From: Lytechinus pictus
Lineage: Eukaryota
Assembly: GCF_037042905.1 (NCBI RefSeq)
Contig: NC_087251.1
Span: 35,094,001 to 35,158,000 of the forward strand
Reading direction: 5' to 3'
DNA: 64,000 bases
A program made the position numbers and the translations under genes. Shown in pieces: positions 1 to 13,971 of the stretch. Within the stretch, counting starts at the first letter, position 1; each line of letters starts with the position of its first letter. The notes beneath the pieces were generated by a model that saw only the letters and a list, made by a program, of their open reading frames with translations, had not been told where the DNA came from and did no database searches.

Positions 1-3000
1 TCTTTCAAAGTGTTCAGCATGGGGACACACACCGACACAGTATATCGCAGATTCCGTTTTTTCATTTCAAACTCTCCCTAGAAAGAATAGTGATAATTAT
101 ATCAAGACATATAGTACATTTGGTCCATGAACCGTCTAAACATAGCTAAGTAGTAAACAATTTTCATGAAGCATTTAATAGAAAATTTAAAAATCAAGAA
201 GTACTGAAGATCAGATAATCGTGTAATGTAGCTTGTACACACCACCTTTATTTCAAGTACTTCCTGCTACAACCTAACTCTTTGCTGAACATATCACCTC
301 TTTCTCTCTTTTTTTTGTCAAGATATTGAGCAAGCAGTTCATTATTATTATCTGACATGCTCCTATAAAGCCACAATGGACCAACCTCCGCAATCAAAGT
401 AATGGGCTCGACCCCGGTTCCATGCCAGAGTCATGGCCGTGATACATTCTCCTCCAAAGGTCTCCCATTACTTTCCAACTACACATTAAACGCCTATCCA
501 AGGGCTAATGATAGGAGAACACACGGCGTGATAAGAAAGGCGCCGCTGGTCCGTTCCCACAACAATTGGAACGTGCTCTTGGTACATCAAGACATGCAGC
601 TAAAGAGCGCAGTCTGTGTACTTCAGGCGTGCACATCCTTTTAGTGAATGATGTATAGGTAGGAAACATTGCAATGGAAACTGACACTGATCTTAGTCGC
701 AACTGTCCTTGATAGCGAGGATGAACGTGTCATTACGACTGAAGCTGACGGCGGTGTCTAATATAGCTCCTAGACGTAGGACGGTATCAACGTTTACCTT
801 AAATGCGAAAGAGTCGGCAAATCTCTGACATAAGGGCTAATTGGTTTCTTAACCATATTTCATTAGTTTACGTCCAAGATTGCTATGCTGACATTGCTAT
901 CATTATTGGGGGGAAAATATATAACAGGCGTGGCGTAAACACGCACACAACATATAAAACAACTTTCAGTAGTACTTGTCAAAGACTGAATATCGATGTG
1001 ATATCAATCTCTGTTGTTACACAACATTCAGTTAACTTCACAAATAAACCCAACTTTCAGGATTAAAGACCAAGTAATCGCACTTAATACTCTATTTTCA
1101 CACCAAACAGCGTCAACATCAACCCCTTTTAAACGTTCAATTGTACCTTGAATAACGTGTCCAGACAATGATGTTGGAAAAAATACTGCTGAATGTTCAG
1201 TTAGTCTTCACGATCCTGTTAGAAACTCAATTACTAGATGCGATGCTCGTTATGTAATCGGCATCAACATGTGAAACATATTGAAGGATGCCCTTAGAAA
1301 ATCAAATTGTATTTGTAACTAATTAGGTACCGAGGGCGTGGTCTTCTAAACCTATGCTCAGAAGTATGGCCGAAGCATTGGAATTTATCAGAAGCTGCAT
1401 TTGTTTTGCCAGTACATCTATAAAATGTTTGTATTTCACTGAAAATAAACTCTTCAACACGTCTGAACAAGGGTTGTTTTCTGGTTATATTTGCAATAGG
1501 TCAGTACCACAACCAACAAGTATGAAAGGTGAAATCTCGTGTAATATTATTCACGTCCTGGACGTGGTATCTACATGATGTATCAAGGCATGGGGTTGGA
1601 TATTTTTCTCACGCCATGAACTGTCAAAATTTTGATTGTCAGCTACCTTAAGGCAAAATCTAAATATTAGATCCAAACAATGAAATCTTATTAAGATACT
1701 GGGTGGCTAGAGAGCCCCTGTGCATGTAGACACACGACACTTACATACAAAGAGTTTTCAATGGAGTCGTGTGTACCAAGTCAATTTGGAAAAGCGGGGC
1801 AAAATATATCATAAAATTGCTAAGGTATCTTTAAAGTGAAATACCTCAACACAATATCATATGATTATATAGTGGAATCTTATTTTTACTATGTATACCT
1901 GTATTTTTTTGAGCGTCGATGATGAATTTTAGTCACTAAAGCGTCGGGTACCACTCCTGACATGCCTGAGAAGAAAATAATGTACCAAATTCAAATATCT
2001 CCTAAAATACCCCCAAAAGCGAGGGAATACTTATTAAATTTAAATCAGAATATTTCTGGTTGTGATTCATTGTCTTTTTTTATTTGTGTTTTAAGCCATA
2101 TACATGTGGGAGAATCGGAATCGTGAATGAAATGTAAAATGCGTTGATATAATACCGTTTTTACGCTCATTAAAACAGTACTAAAGAACTTATTCCGGGG
2201 TGCCTATAAAATGGTTTATGTTCGATGAACTTGGGTGTCTTCAGACGTGTTAGTAGTGACATGATGCAAATCAATCACATTTTCTCTCTTTTTTGACGCA
2301 CATGATTCACATTATTAAATATCGTGTGAAGAATTGTCAGAGAGATAATGGAAGACGATCATAAGAGCCCGGTGATTCTTCAGAAAAGATCGATAGCGGC
2401 TGGTCCAGGCATCACCCATGACATATACCGATGATCGAAGGGTATTAGACTTATCCAACTTCAAAAGCATCCATCAAATACCGACACGAGATCGAGATCT
2501 TGAAATAAAAATACCGATTTCGACAAGAAGCTATTTCTGAGTATCGCTGAACTGTGGTATCAACATCCCATATCTTTCTAAACCACTTAGGCATGTTAGG
2601 TGTGTATATATTCAATGCTACTAAGCTTTCAGGGCGATAGCAACTACCCCATTGAAATTTGAATATTTTTCTTAAAGGATTCATAATGATGTTATTGTAG
2701 GGAAGCAGTTCTGTCAGCCGATTTACACTAAATACGTTTTTATTTCATTTTGACATAAAGGTGCAACCAATCCCATAAGGAAGAATTTATAGCCTATATC
2801 TCATTGCAGAAAATGGGTCGATTAAAAACGACTTTGTACCTCCGAATACCAGCACGAGTCACGAATCGACTGATAGCGGCCATTTAGTGGCTTTTCGACT
2901 CCCTAACAATGTCACCCGATCTCCAAAGAAGGATGATATAACAATGGTTTACGACTGTAAATATGTTAGCTTGCGACGAACTTGGTACGTGGACCGAACA

Positions 3001-5431
3001 AAAATGAAAAGTGACATTTTATTTCTGAGCAGTGGTGTGGTATTAGATGAGCGTTTCACTCAAGATGACCGATCAGTTACAGGGGTTGGGTTTCCTACCA
3101 GTTTGGAGCTTTCAATCAGTTGCGAAGATAAATCTTGTGATTGCTGGAGATCAGGGTTCACCAGCTATGAAAGGCCCACCAGAAAGGGGACATCAAGTCC
3201 AATTTTAATACCAGTCAGTAAGAATAAATAGGAGTGGTATACTGGAATGGCAGTGTATCGTAAGAAGGGGGGGGGGGGGTGGGGTGGTAATTTGAAAAAT
3301 GGAAGCACTGTTTCTCTTGTCGCTCCGTGTTCAAGAAGCAGATAGCGTACTTGAAATCCAATTTTAATACAAATCATTAAAAGTCTTAAGAAGTGGTTAC
3401 GAAACGGAAGAATTCGCGAGGCGGTTTTGGGAGGGGTGGTAATTCGGAAAAACTGTTTTACTGTCTTTTTCGCTTACTTCCGTGATAAAAACAAAAGTAA
3501 ACTTTGTGAGAGGCGATATCGTGTACGAAAGTTAGGGCAGGAGCTATTGATTCATAAGTTTTTGTAAGGATCAGATGTCAATCATCGTATCCCTTAAGAA
3601 TCGAATCATATGTTTCCTTATTTGATTCCACCCTGACGAAGCTATCTGGACGATCTTTGAAATTGAATAAAAGAAGAAAAGTTGCAATGTCATTTCAGAG
3701 ATTTTTTTCATGGTCGTGCCTTGTCACTCAGAGTATAACACAGGCCTATAGAATTTACCTTCAGAAATGACATCAGACTTCTTCTAGTTTGAATTAGGCC
3801 TATTTTAAACGATGAAAAGGTCCTATTTGTCTATCGGGTAGGTCTTTCCAATCCTCAAAGACACGTAACATTCAGGAAATCAACCAAATAAATCAATGAA
3901 ACTGTCGTTTCTTTGCTTTACCACAAAGTCCTATGACCAAACAATGGTTTTTGGACTTGGGGGAAAAAAGGAATCATCAAACTTTTCATGTCGGTTTTTT
4001 GTACTTTTGGCATTTATCATTGAGACATGTTTACGGATTGAATTTTCGTGACGGACTAAGTTCATTAAGATATCGTGCATCTGAGACAAAAGTCGCCCAG
4101 ATGGTGCGCAGAACGCACAGTCCTGGTGTCCGACTTCCATGAAGAAGGGAGTCAAACACAACAATGCCAACCAACCACCCATGCTTTAATATCATATACA
4201 TGTCATCAGCAAATCTCACTTGTTATCAATTACCCAAACACTGCTCATATGTTTTAATCGCCGTGCCTGATGGATATACGGCTGTATTATATCAGTCAAG
4301 GTCACCATGTGATCATCCCCAACATGCTATCAAGGCGTCTCCGTGTGGGTAACAGACGTGTAAAGCGTGACAGTTGAACATGAGGTGGTAAATTTAAACC
4401 AACTAAATCATATAAGCGCTTGATTCTTTGCATTTATTTCACCACAAAGCCCTGTCACCGATTTTGGACTTCAAACATCACCACGGTGACGGTATTTGTT
4501 TATCTCGAATCAAATGCTCTTCCCATATAACTGCTATTGAATTTCACAGAAAAAATGGAATATATTTCAATCCTCATCTTTGCGATATAGTTTTTTTTTT
4601 AAGGTAGCAAGTTCGTACATTCCAACAGAAATAGTTGTTATTGCAAATGATTAGTATGATTATTCTAATGTGATATAATATTAATACCACAATATTTGAA
4701 ATGTTTGATTAGAATGTGAGCGCGTCCTCCTCGAATTGCGATTCTTGGTATCAAGAGGTCTATGTCTTTTAAGATTAGTTCCAGAATATGTCCATCATAT
4801 TCGTATAGCGTGGGTCTTTATATTTCTAGTTATATGAATGTTTGTATTACAAATCAGGCTGTACCGAATTACTAATGACAGTGATTAATGAAACACGATT
4901 AGTAAATGATGTGCGAGTCAGACGAGCGCCTCCCTACTCAAAAAGACCTTGACAATGTGACTTGGTATCTTCCGGCATAAGGGGAAGAGGAGGGGGCAGT
5001 ATACGGCCCCATTTAATCAATCCAATGCGTGACATTCTTGTGAGTCATTCATAATATTTTCTGAATGACACGAGAATTGATCCAATTTGTTTTTCAAATG
5101 ATTCGAACTGTTCTTGTAACAGTGTAACATCAAACATGTCCAAGATGGCACGCACACTGGGCACGAGTGAAAGCCTACACTGAATAGAATATACTAGGAA
5201 AACAGGGTAGTTTTAAAAACAAATATATTCTTTGTTTGTTTTGGAATGAAGAATACAAATCACACAAACGAATAAGGATTTGGTTTGGGTTGTTTTCTTT
5301 TTGCTTTTCAATATTTCTTTCGACTCTGACTTCGTATGAAATTTATATAGTGAATTGATGTCAAGTGATGATTCGGTAGACTTGTCTTTGATTACGAAAC
5401 TAAATCCTTGAAATCATGTTGAAGAAGTCAG

Positions 5432-6512
5432 CTATGTGTGCAGGTTGTGTGTTTGTGGGTTGTGTGGCGGGTGTGTCTTTGAATCTTATGTGCGCGTGTG
5501 TTGAACAAGTCAGGTAGGAATTTGTATGTGTGCAGGGTGTGCGTTTGTGGGTTGTGTGAGCGGATGTGTCTTTGAATCTTGTGTGCGCGTATGTTGAACA
5601 AGTCAGGTAGGAATTTGTATGTGTACAGGGTGTGCGTTTGTGGGTTGTGTGAGCGGGTGTGTCTTTGAATCTTGTGTGCGCGTGTGTTGAACAAGTCAGG
5701 TAGGAATTTGTATGTGTGCAGGGTGTGCGTTTGTGGGTTGTGTGAGCGGGTGTGTCTTTGAATCTTGTGTGCGCGTGTGTTGAACAAGTCAGGTAGGAAT
5801 TTGTATGTGTGCAGGGTGTGCGTTTGTGGGTTGTGTGAGCGGGTGTGTCTTTGAATCTTATGTGCGCGTGTGTTGAACAAGTCAGGTAGGAATTTGTATG
5901 TGTGCAGGGTGTGCGTTTGTGGGTTGTGTGAGCGGGTGTGTCTTTGAATCTTGTGTGCGCGTGTGTTGAACAAGTCAGGTAGGAATTTGTATGTGTACAG
6001 GGTGTGCGTTTGTGGGTTGTGTGAGCGGGTGTGTCTTTGAATCTTGTGTGCGCGTGTGTTGAACAAGTCAGGTAGGAATTTGTATGTGTGCAGGGTGTGC
6101 GTTTGTGGGTTGTGTGAGCGGGTGTGTCTTTGAATCTTATGTGCGCGTGTGTTGAACAAGTCAGGTAGGAATTTGTATGTGTACAGGGTGTGCGTTTGTG
6201 GGTTGTGTGAGCGGGTGTGTCTTTGAATCTTGTGTGCGCGTGTGTTGAACAAGTCAGGTAGGAATTTGTATGTGTGCAGGGTGTGCGTTTGTGGGTTGTG
6301 TGAGCGGGTGTGTCTTTGAATCTTGTGTGCGCGTGTGTTGAACAAGTCAGGTAGGAATTTGTATGTGTGCAGGGTGTGCGTTTGTGGGTTGTGTGAGCGG
6401 GTGTGTCTTTGAATCTTGTGTGCGCGTGTGTTGAACAAGTCAGGTAGGAATTTGTATGTGTGCAGGGTGTGCGTTTGTGGGTTGTGTGGCGGATGTGCCT
6501 TTGAATCTTGTG
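5432..6512. repeat. 93-bp minisatellite, about 12 near-identical copies, GT-rich
   Basis: Marker gtcaggtaggaa recurs at an exact 93-bp period from 5509 to 6439 (11 times); flanks decay into (GT)n-like sequence. Confidence 0.97.
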
Positions 6513-9500
6513 TGTGGGGGTGGGTGAGGGTGAGTGTGTGTGTGTATTGGTTCCAGAGATACACTTATTACTTCACATCTCAATGAAGCAAATTGGTTTT
6601 ACTGCTAGATGAAGTCTTGTGATATTGCCATCATAGTCATGATGGTTCAGAGCTGAATTTACGTGACAGCTATAGATCTTTGATAAATGGCCAAATTTAC
6701 TTCTCAAAGTAAAATGTGAAAATGTGTAAAAGGTGAATTTGCAATTCCTTCATTTTCATTCGACTGTTTCTCTTTAATCCCATACACAATCAAATTTGTA
6801 GGGGGAACCTCTTGCTATCCACGAATATCCCTGTGGTTATTACATCGTCACGCTGTATGGCCTTTCGTAACATTTGGCACGAAATTCAAGAAGGGCATAG
6901 CCAGAAACCTATCATTACCTCTGCCTCCTGGCTTTCAAGATGTCCATGATGATATATGAAATTATTATAAAATAATGGTTAGAATCATTCCCTGTTCGTA
7001 ATAATGATGTCTACGACTCTATGTTACCCCATCGTTTCAGCTATGCAAACATAAAAATAGTTTGCAGTCAGTCAACAGTTGGGTTTACAAAGTGATATTC
7101 TCATCATTTCCCCCTTTTTTGTTATAGATAGTATTGGGGCCAGGATGATTCGCAACAAATTAACGACGAACGTGCATTGTGTGAAAGGCAAAGTGCCAAT
7201 TCAAAAACATAATGCCCTATTGAAATAACTGGAGGGGTTTACGCGTCCTTTCGAGAATCTAAGCTAATTTGCATAATCTTTGGTCGTTCACGTAATAAAA
7301 TTGACTGATTGATATCGGCATTCACCGTCCACTGTCTATCACAAATGTTTAAATGTCTATTTTGTCTTTTGCACAAAGTTTAACCTTTTCATTCGATAAA
7401 ACATGTTCTTTGATTCAACTCAAATCGATGCTCAAGTTTGATATCCATAATGGGGAAAGATCTTATTGCGTCTTTTTATAGTTCACATGACCAGTATACA
7501 GCCATAATCATAAATCAAAGAGCATCATTGTTTAGCGTATAGGGAACATATGAAAGTAAAGATATCAACCTCATTTGAACGATGAGGGCTTGTCTTAGAT
7601 TTAGGATATCGATTTAAAGAATGGGAAGGATTTTTTTTTCATTGTCAATTTTCTTTGTGACTTCGTTTTCATACTGAAGACAATACAAAATTGACCCCTT
7701 TTAAAATTACATCCTATTTCACTTCTCTTTTCAGAGGGGACATTTATCGCTCATGACATTTTTAAAAGATTTTAATGAATGTGGGGCGCCAGACAACCTA
7801 TGTGAAAAAAATAGTTGCGAAAACTTTCGTTGTGTAGTCATTGTGTTTGAATTGATCAGTGTTGATGTTAAAATGACACATTTATTATGACGTATTAAGC
7901 ATGAAATATACCCTCATTTCTTAGCTATAAATTATGACAGACTACATACATGTGATTTATGGCAATGTCGCTGGTGTTGTAAAAACATATACATAAACGC
8001 AGAGATTATTGCCAATAGAAATAAAGGATGCCTTGTGATGATGGAGGAGGAAGGTGAGAAGGACACGAGTCAAAGAGGAAAGGGAGTTAGAGAGGGAGAA
8101 GAGGAGGTAGAGATGTCTGGAGAGAGGGGGATGGTGAAGATAGAAGGGGCGGGGCTCCAGAATCCTCAGTATGAGGAAAAGTACTTTATATGAAATACAC
8201 CCCCAAAAAAAGAGTAAGCGAGGGAAAGTTAGAGAAGGAAAACAAAAACGACACATAGACATTCACACCCACACCCAAACATACGCACACAAAAACCCAC
8301 ACCCATCCAACCACACTCACATCAGCCACATAATATGTCATTATGTAAATATATGGGCAGACAGTTGAATTGAAAAACGAGAGAAACAGAGACAGACAGA
8401 CATAGAGAAAGAGAGAGAGAGAGAGAGAGAAATAGGAAAAAATAAGATATTTTCGAACCATAAGTTATGTTCAGTGTCATGATACTTTTGTTTTCAATGA
8501 AGACACATGATGGTATTTCTAGTGGGTCACAAAATATACCCAAATAAACAACTTTCATGGGCTGTCCATTGAGCTATCAGTAGCTCCGTGGGCTGTCGAT
8601 CAAAACATATACGCGAATCCCCCCCCCCCCCCACTGAAGAATTAAGCTATATCATAAACTAATGCTGTGTGAAGTTTCATGAAAATAAGGCAAAATTAGA
8701 GGTTATGAGGTTCGTCACTACTTAATTTCAACAACGTTAAAAAAATTATTTATATTCTTAAACAAAAAATCACAGAAATTCTCACATAATTACGGTGATA
8801 GATAAATATTAAAACGAGGAATTCCAGGTATTGAAACCCATTGCATCAGGTGAATTGTAGTATACAACACCTTCCTAATAAGGATATAAATATATCGTGT
8901 TTTGAACGTTAACTACGTCCGTTTTCAAAGTTGTTATCATCCATTGACGGGTACAAGGAAACAGATGAGAATAAAAAAAATATTAGGAAATGGGAGCCAG
9001 CTGAGCTACAATAAAAACATCCTATAGGAAGCAAATTATCATAAAGGAAGCCAGCCGGGTATACACATTATATCCGATTTTTTTATGAACAGACAAGAGC
9101 CCCCTAACAAAGAGGATTGCATTCGATTGCTCATTTTATTTTGCATGCTCCTATTGTTTAGGTTACCTGCTTATAACCAATCAAAATTTGTTTGGAATTA
9201 TTTTGCAATTGCAATTTTAAGTTTAGCATGTTAACGACATATGTATATATGTTTTTTTTAAGATCCTTTACCTTGATGTATTTTGTATTTAATATTGTTA
9301 ATATGGATTAAAAAACAAACCACCTCCCGGAAAAAAAAGAAAGATGCTCTTGGCAAAGCTCTTGACCACGGCGAGTCTTCCTCTGCTTTGGGGCGTGAAG
9401 TCAGCATTTACCAGGCCATTGAAATCACCGCTATCTTCTCCAAGGGAATACACATTCCCATTCCCCCAATCTGATAAATTACATTTTAAACTTTTACACC

Positions 9501-10047
9501 GAGCCTGCATTACCTATATTCCATCGTGTCCATTGTTTAGGTAGGTGCATATGCGTTGTGGTTTCCCGAGGTAATTTGATTAGTATTTTTGTTTTGGTAA
9601 AAATAAAAAAATAAGCAAAGAAAGCTTTCCAGAGTTTTTCAATCTTGGACGATGCTATCCTTGACCATCTCTCTACTTCAAAGATGGAACCGATAGGTCT
9701 AATTCAGCCAATGGTAATGCTTTTTGAGTGTCTCGTTTGGAACTGGCCGCCTTTTTAGAGTGTAGTGTGGTTTGACTCGAGTATAACATTTCTATGACGT
9801 CATGGCTGTGTCATGTGATGGTTGGAACGAGCCAATCAGGTTGCTCGCCGAGTTTAAGGCATGGTGAATGTCACGGCAGGTCTGCTTAGTAATTCAACTC
9901 AAATCGATGTTCCAGTTTAGTATTGGTCATTTTGGCCGAAGGCTCTGACGTCGCTATGGTTGGAAAGAAGTGTTTACCTAAAATGCGGGTAAGGATATGG
10001 TCATCATATATGTTAAGGCGAGGAATAGGCCCGCAGAATGAACAAGT

Positions 10048-10433
10048 GGAAGAGCTGTGGTGTATTGGTTCTGACTCTTGCCTTGTAAACAGAGGGTCAT
10101 GTGTTCGAATCCCACCGCAGTCTAGCGTCCTTTGGCAAGGCGTTAATCCAAGCTTTGCCACTCTCGACCCAGGTGCTAAATGGGTACCCGGTATGATGCG
10201 AAAGTTATTGTATGCTTGAATTTACCAGCGCCATTATGAGGCTGCAATGAATGCAAGGAACACTCCCCAGGGAGTGGAAATAGTGCACTTTTTTATGCGG
10301 GATTGAAATGAATCCAATGACCGGGGTAATAATATGCTGTAAAGCGCTTTGAGCCGTTATTGAAAAAACGCTATATAAAACTATTATTATTATTATTATT
10401 TATTATTATTATTATGATTATATTATATTATTA
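10048..10433 (+). mobile_element. tRNA-derived SINE with central core and L2-like 3' end, (TAT)n tail
   Basis: Box A tggtgtattgg (10058), box B gttcgaatc (10103), core ccactctcgacccaggtgctaaatgggtacc, 3' ctgtaaagcgctttgag...cgctatataaa followed by (tat)n. Confidence 0.88.
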
Positions 10434-13400
10434 TAAACTTGAATAAAAGCAGGGTAAAATACAGGTATTCGAGATTGTGATATTTTTATAGAGACCAATT
10501 AAAACTTTTTTGTTTGAATTTCCTCACTGTATTGCACAGAGGCATAGCCAAATGTTTCACTATTTTATGATTTTTATGGTTTGTGTTCTGGGGTATGAAC
10601 ACAAAGAGTTGAATGGGTATGACACGGTTTATCAACTCTCCAATGCAATAAGTTAAAAAAATACAATTGATGAAATTTGCCATAATCTGATCACATCAGG
10701 ATTCTTTCTGAAGCACGGTGGTATCTTCAATACAGAAGACGAGAGTCTAGCACAGGCCTGGTCAAGCATGTGCGTTTTTGCGACATCACCTCGATTACGC
10801 GTAATTCGTTGTGAAACAAGACTAAGCAGTGGTCTATGTCACTGGAACCTATTAATAGATTGAGTTTAAATTCAATTTATTACCATTTCACGGGTGGGAA
10901 AATAGTGTAATTGTACCCGACTCCCCACGTGAACCTACCTGCCAGATGTCAGTAGTCTACTGACAAATATCAACCCAGATTGATAATAGGGAAGGTTGGA
11001 CGATGCCATGCAGGACGGAGATGGAACTGGAACATGGCATTTTATAACATTCATGGGACTGTAGTCAAAGGAGCTATTCATGTCAAAAGTCTCCATACTG
11101 ATTCAATAAAACGTTTTACACACCCACACAGGGAGGTCAGTGACATGAAGGAACAAACACGTTCCTCTTGATCAGGGTGGTAGTATGTTTGAATCCAGCC
11201 GATTGTTGCGATTGACTTGACAGCTAACTCGTCCAGGTTTAGGCATTATCTGGCGCCTTCTCCCTAAAACGCTATTTACAGTCACATCAACGATACCCAT
11301 TTCAAACCGATTGATGGTACGCCATCGGAAATAATGTGGTTATAGCTTATTCAGTCTGGAGTCGTTTTCCCTGGTGGGACTGTGACAATAAGCACACAAT
11401 GTTTCTACATCAGACACTGTACCTGATGCAGAGATCATCGCATCTTAGTCTTACTGAGGGAATGTATCGGAGGGGTATCATGAAAAGTCCACGGAATCTG
11501 AGTCAATTAAATTGTTTTTAAAATCCCCTAAACTGCATTTAAAAAATACGAAGAAATGTCTTATAGTTGTTGGAAACACAAATATATTTCCAACTTAATT
11601 AATAATGCCCAGAAAGCGTCCATAAATAATAATTATAGTGATAAAAACAATGAAAATATCAATATTAACAGCATTTACATAATTTTGTATAAGAGCTTCA
11701 TGTATGACACCATTAAAAAACGAAGAATGAAATTGAATTTCAAGAATTATCAGTGTCCAATTTGAATCAGACCACTTTATCCTTTGCATGAATCCTAATT
11801 CATCGCCTGTATGTATGTGTTGACATTGTTTGATTATGATATTGATTATCTGCGTGATCTAGTTACAGAAAATATCAAATTCATGTTATTACAGTTGTCA
11901 AACGAGCAGGTGAGCTCACCCTTTAAGCACATTGCGTTTGACATTCAGACGTTCGGACGTTGTTGATTTAACAAGTCATGTTGATAAAGAATGATGTCAT
12001 CAAAATGAGCAATTTGTTAAGGTAACAAACACAGCGATGCCTCGAGTATAAACATTGATCAGCAAGATTGACAGTATAATGTGCCAATGATTGTCAGGAG
12101 CTCATTATCACTCCCTCCAAACACGACATATCCCGTTCACATCTGATTCGACAAACCATAGTAGGTCCATGGACAAACCGACCGCTGATAGTAGGCCATT
12201 CGAAATAACGTAATAGCTTTGATCGGTCTGGAGTCGGTTTTGTTAGCCTGAGAGTAGCACAAAAATGTCGAACTTTAGTTTGATTTCACAATGGAAAACA
12301 TCTGATGTTGAAAATGAAAAGTTGTTACAGGGTATTTACTCATCTCCAAACAATTGCAAAACATTGATGAAAACGTTTTCACTTTAGAGTATTTTGATGT
12401 GTCAGTTGTATGAAAGCCTTACAGTGTTACAATTTATAATAATTACATAAATTTAAACTTAACACAATACATTTGTTTCTGAATTAAAAGAAACATAAAA
12501 TCAAATGACGGTGAAACTATTAGCTAAATTAGATTCCCCCTGTCTTCGTGGTCTTTGCAAAATTACATTCAAACTTATTTAACGGCGTAAGGGTATGTAG
12601 CTCATAAAATTAAGACAAATCTAAGTCGCGCGAGAAAAAAGAAATGCTTGATGATACTGTCATTTTCCCTCTACTTTGGACACTGTCAACCATGACTTAT
12701 CTTTTACCAGATCTGTCAAACTTCTAGTGAACTAGAAATCGGAAACGAATCCGCATGATATAAGTATGTTACTTGTCCCATTTCATTAAATTTTCGGAAC
12801 TTAACTAGGATGCAGGGGTATCGCCCCAAGAGGGGCAGTTTGTCACCAAGATACTCCCCTCCCTTCTTCCTAAAATAAATCGTTATCTCCGTGGATTTGG
12901 CGGGAAAACGTGAACATTAGCATGGCTGCTGTTCTGCAACTCCTGGCCATGATCTTCAAAAAAGGGCACCAACTGTGGCAACGGATTATCTGTTATTCTG
13001 TTGATTTGGGTTCCGAAAATGGCGTGTCGGAAATTGCTCTCTCTTCGGAAGAGAGAACTAGGTTCCGCAGGGCGATGAGTGACGGCACTTAATTGCAGAC
13101 CGATGTGAACCTATTTTTCAAAGCTTTCTTGGTTTTTAAGTAACACCTAAAAGGGATCATTTTAGTTGAATACTCACTCATGTTCCAATACGAAAATTGC
13201 TGGTATCGAGGGTACACGTGAAAAGGAAGGATATTGAGAAAAGATGTTTCAACGAAGTTTGTGATAAGGGAGATGACGAAGACGTGGAATAAGGGCGAGG
13301 ATGTGACGAAAGAAATACAGAAAAAGAAAGCGAGGGGGAGATCAGCCAGAGTTGAAAAAAAGTTTAGAAAGTTATTACAATGTAATATACACACACTTTT

Positions 13401-13900
13401 TGATATTCAAATCCCAATTTTTACAAGTTGAGTTGACGAGAGTGGATGTGATAGGGTCGATAGGAGGGAATTGAATAATGATAACGTGTGGGATATTATG
13501 GGGGACAAAAGTGAAGGGTAAAGAGGGCCGTGGTGGGGATGGAACGAGGAGGGGGATGGGGGTAAAGACGAGCAGAAGGATGAGGAGGAACAGGAGCAGG
13601 AATGGGAGCAGGAGGAGGAGGAGGGGGAGGCGGAGAGGAGGGAAAGAGGGAGAGAGCAAATGAAAGTAATTTCAAAGAGATAACAAGAATGGGATATAAA
13701 GAAGAGATCAAAATATAAAACTCGATCAATGCCGAATGGTGGTTAAAATTGAAATTAGTTGCCTAATATGTCATGATAAACTAACTGGAAAAATTAAACA
13801 AAAATATAAACAAATTTGCAGTGCATGATATAGCAAACCTCCTTTGTCAATATCACAGTAATGTCATTTTGGTAATCATTTTGTTCTTTTTTCTCCTCAG

Positions 13901-13971
13901 GCCCAACGTTTGCAAGTCTACATGCTGTCCAGGCTGGCAACTGAATGCATATACAGGAAGATGCACAATAC
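13901..13971 (+). CDS. Exon a: 4-Cys / FUN-like N-terminal motif, PNVCKSTCCPGWQLNAYTGRCTI
   Basis: Acceptor ttttttctcctcag, donor c|gtaagt; 71 bp, phase 2 in and phase 1 out. The NVC..CCPGW..C motif is characteristic of LTBP and fibrillin N-termini. Confidence 0.88.

Noticed and set aside
5428..6564. 378-aa His/Thr-rich minus-strand ORF
   Set aside because: By-product of the 93-bp tandem repeat; no splice or domain evidence.
13375..13729. Pro-rich, Leu-rich and Arg/Gly-rich ORFs upstream of exon a, considered as a signal-peptide exon
   Set aside because: Purine-rich low-complexity DNA; the hydrophobic reading is on the opposite strand to the gene.
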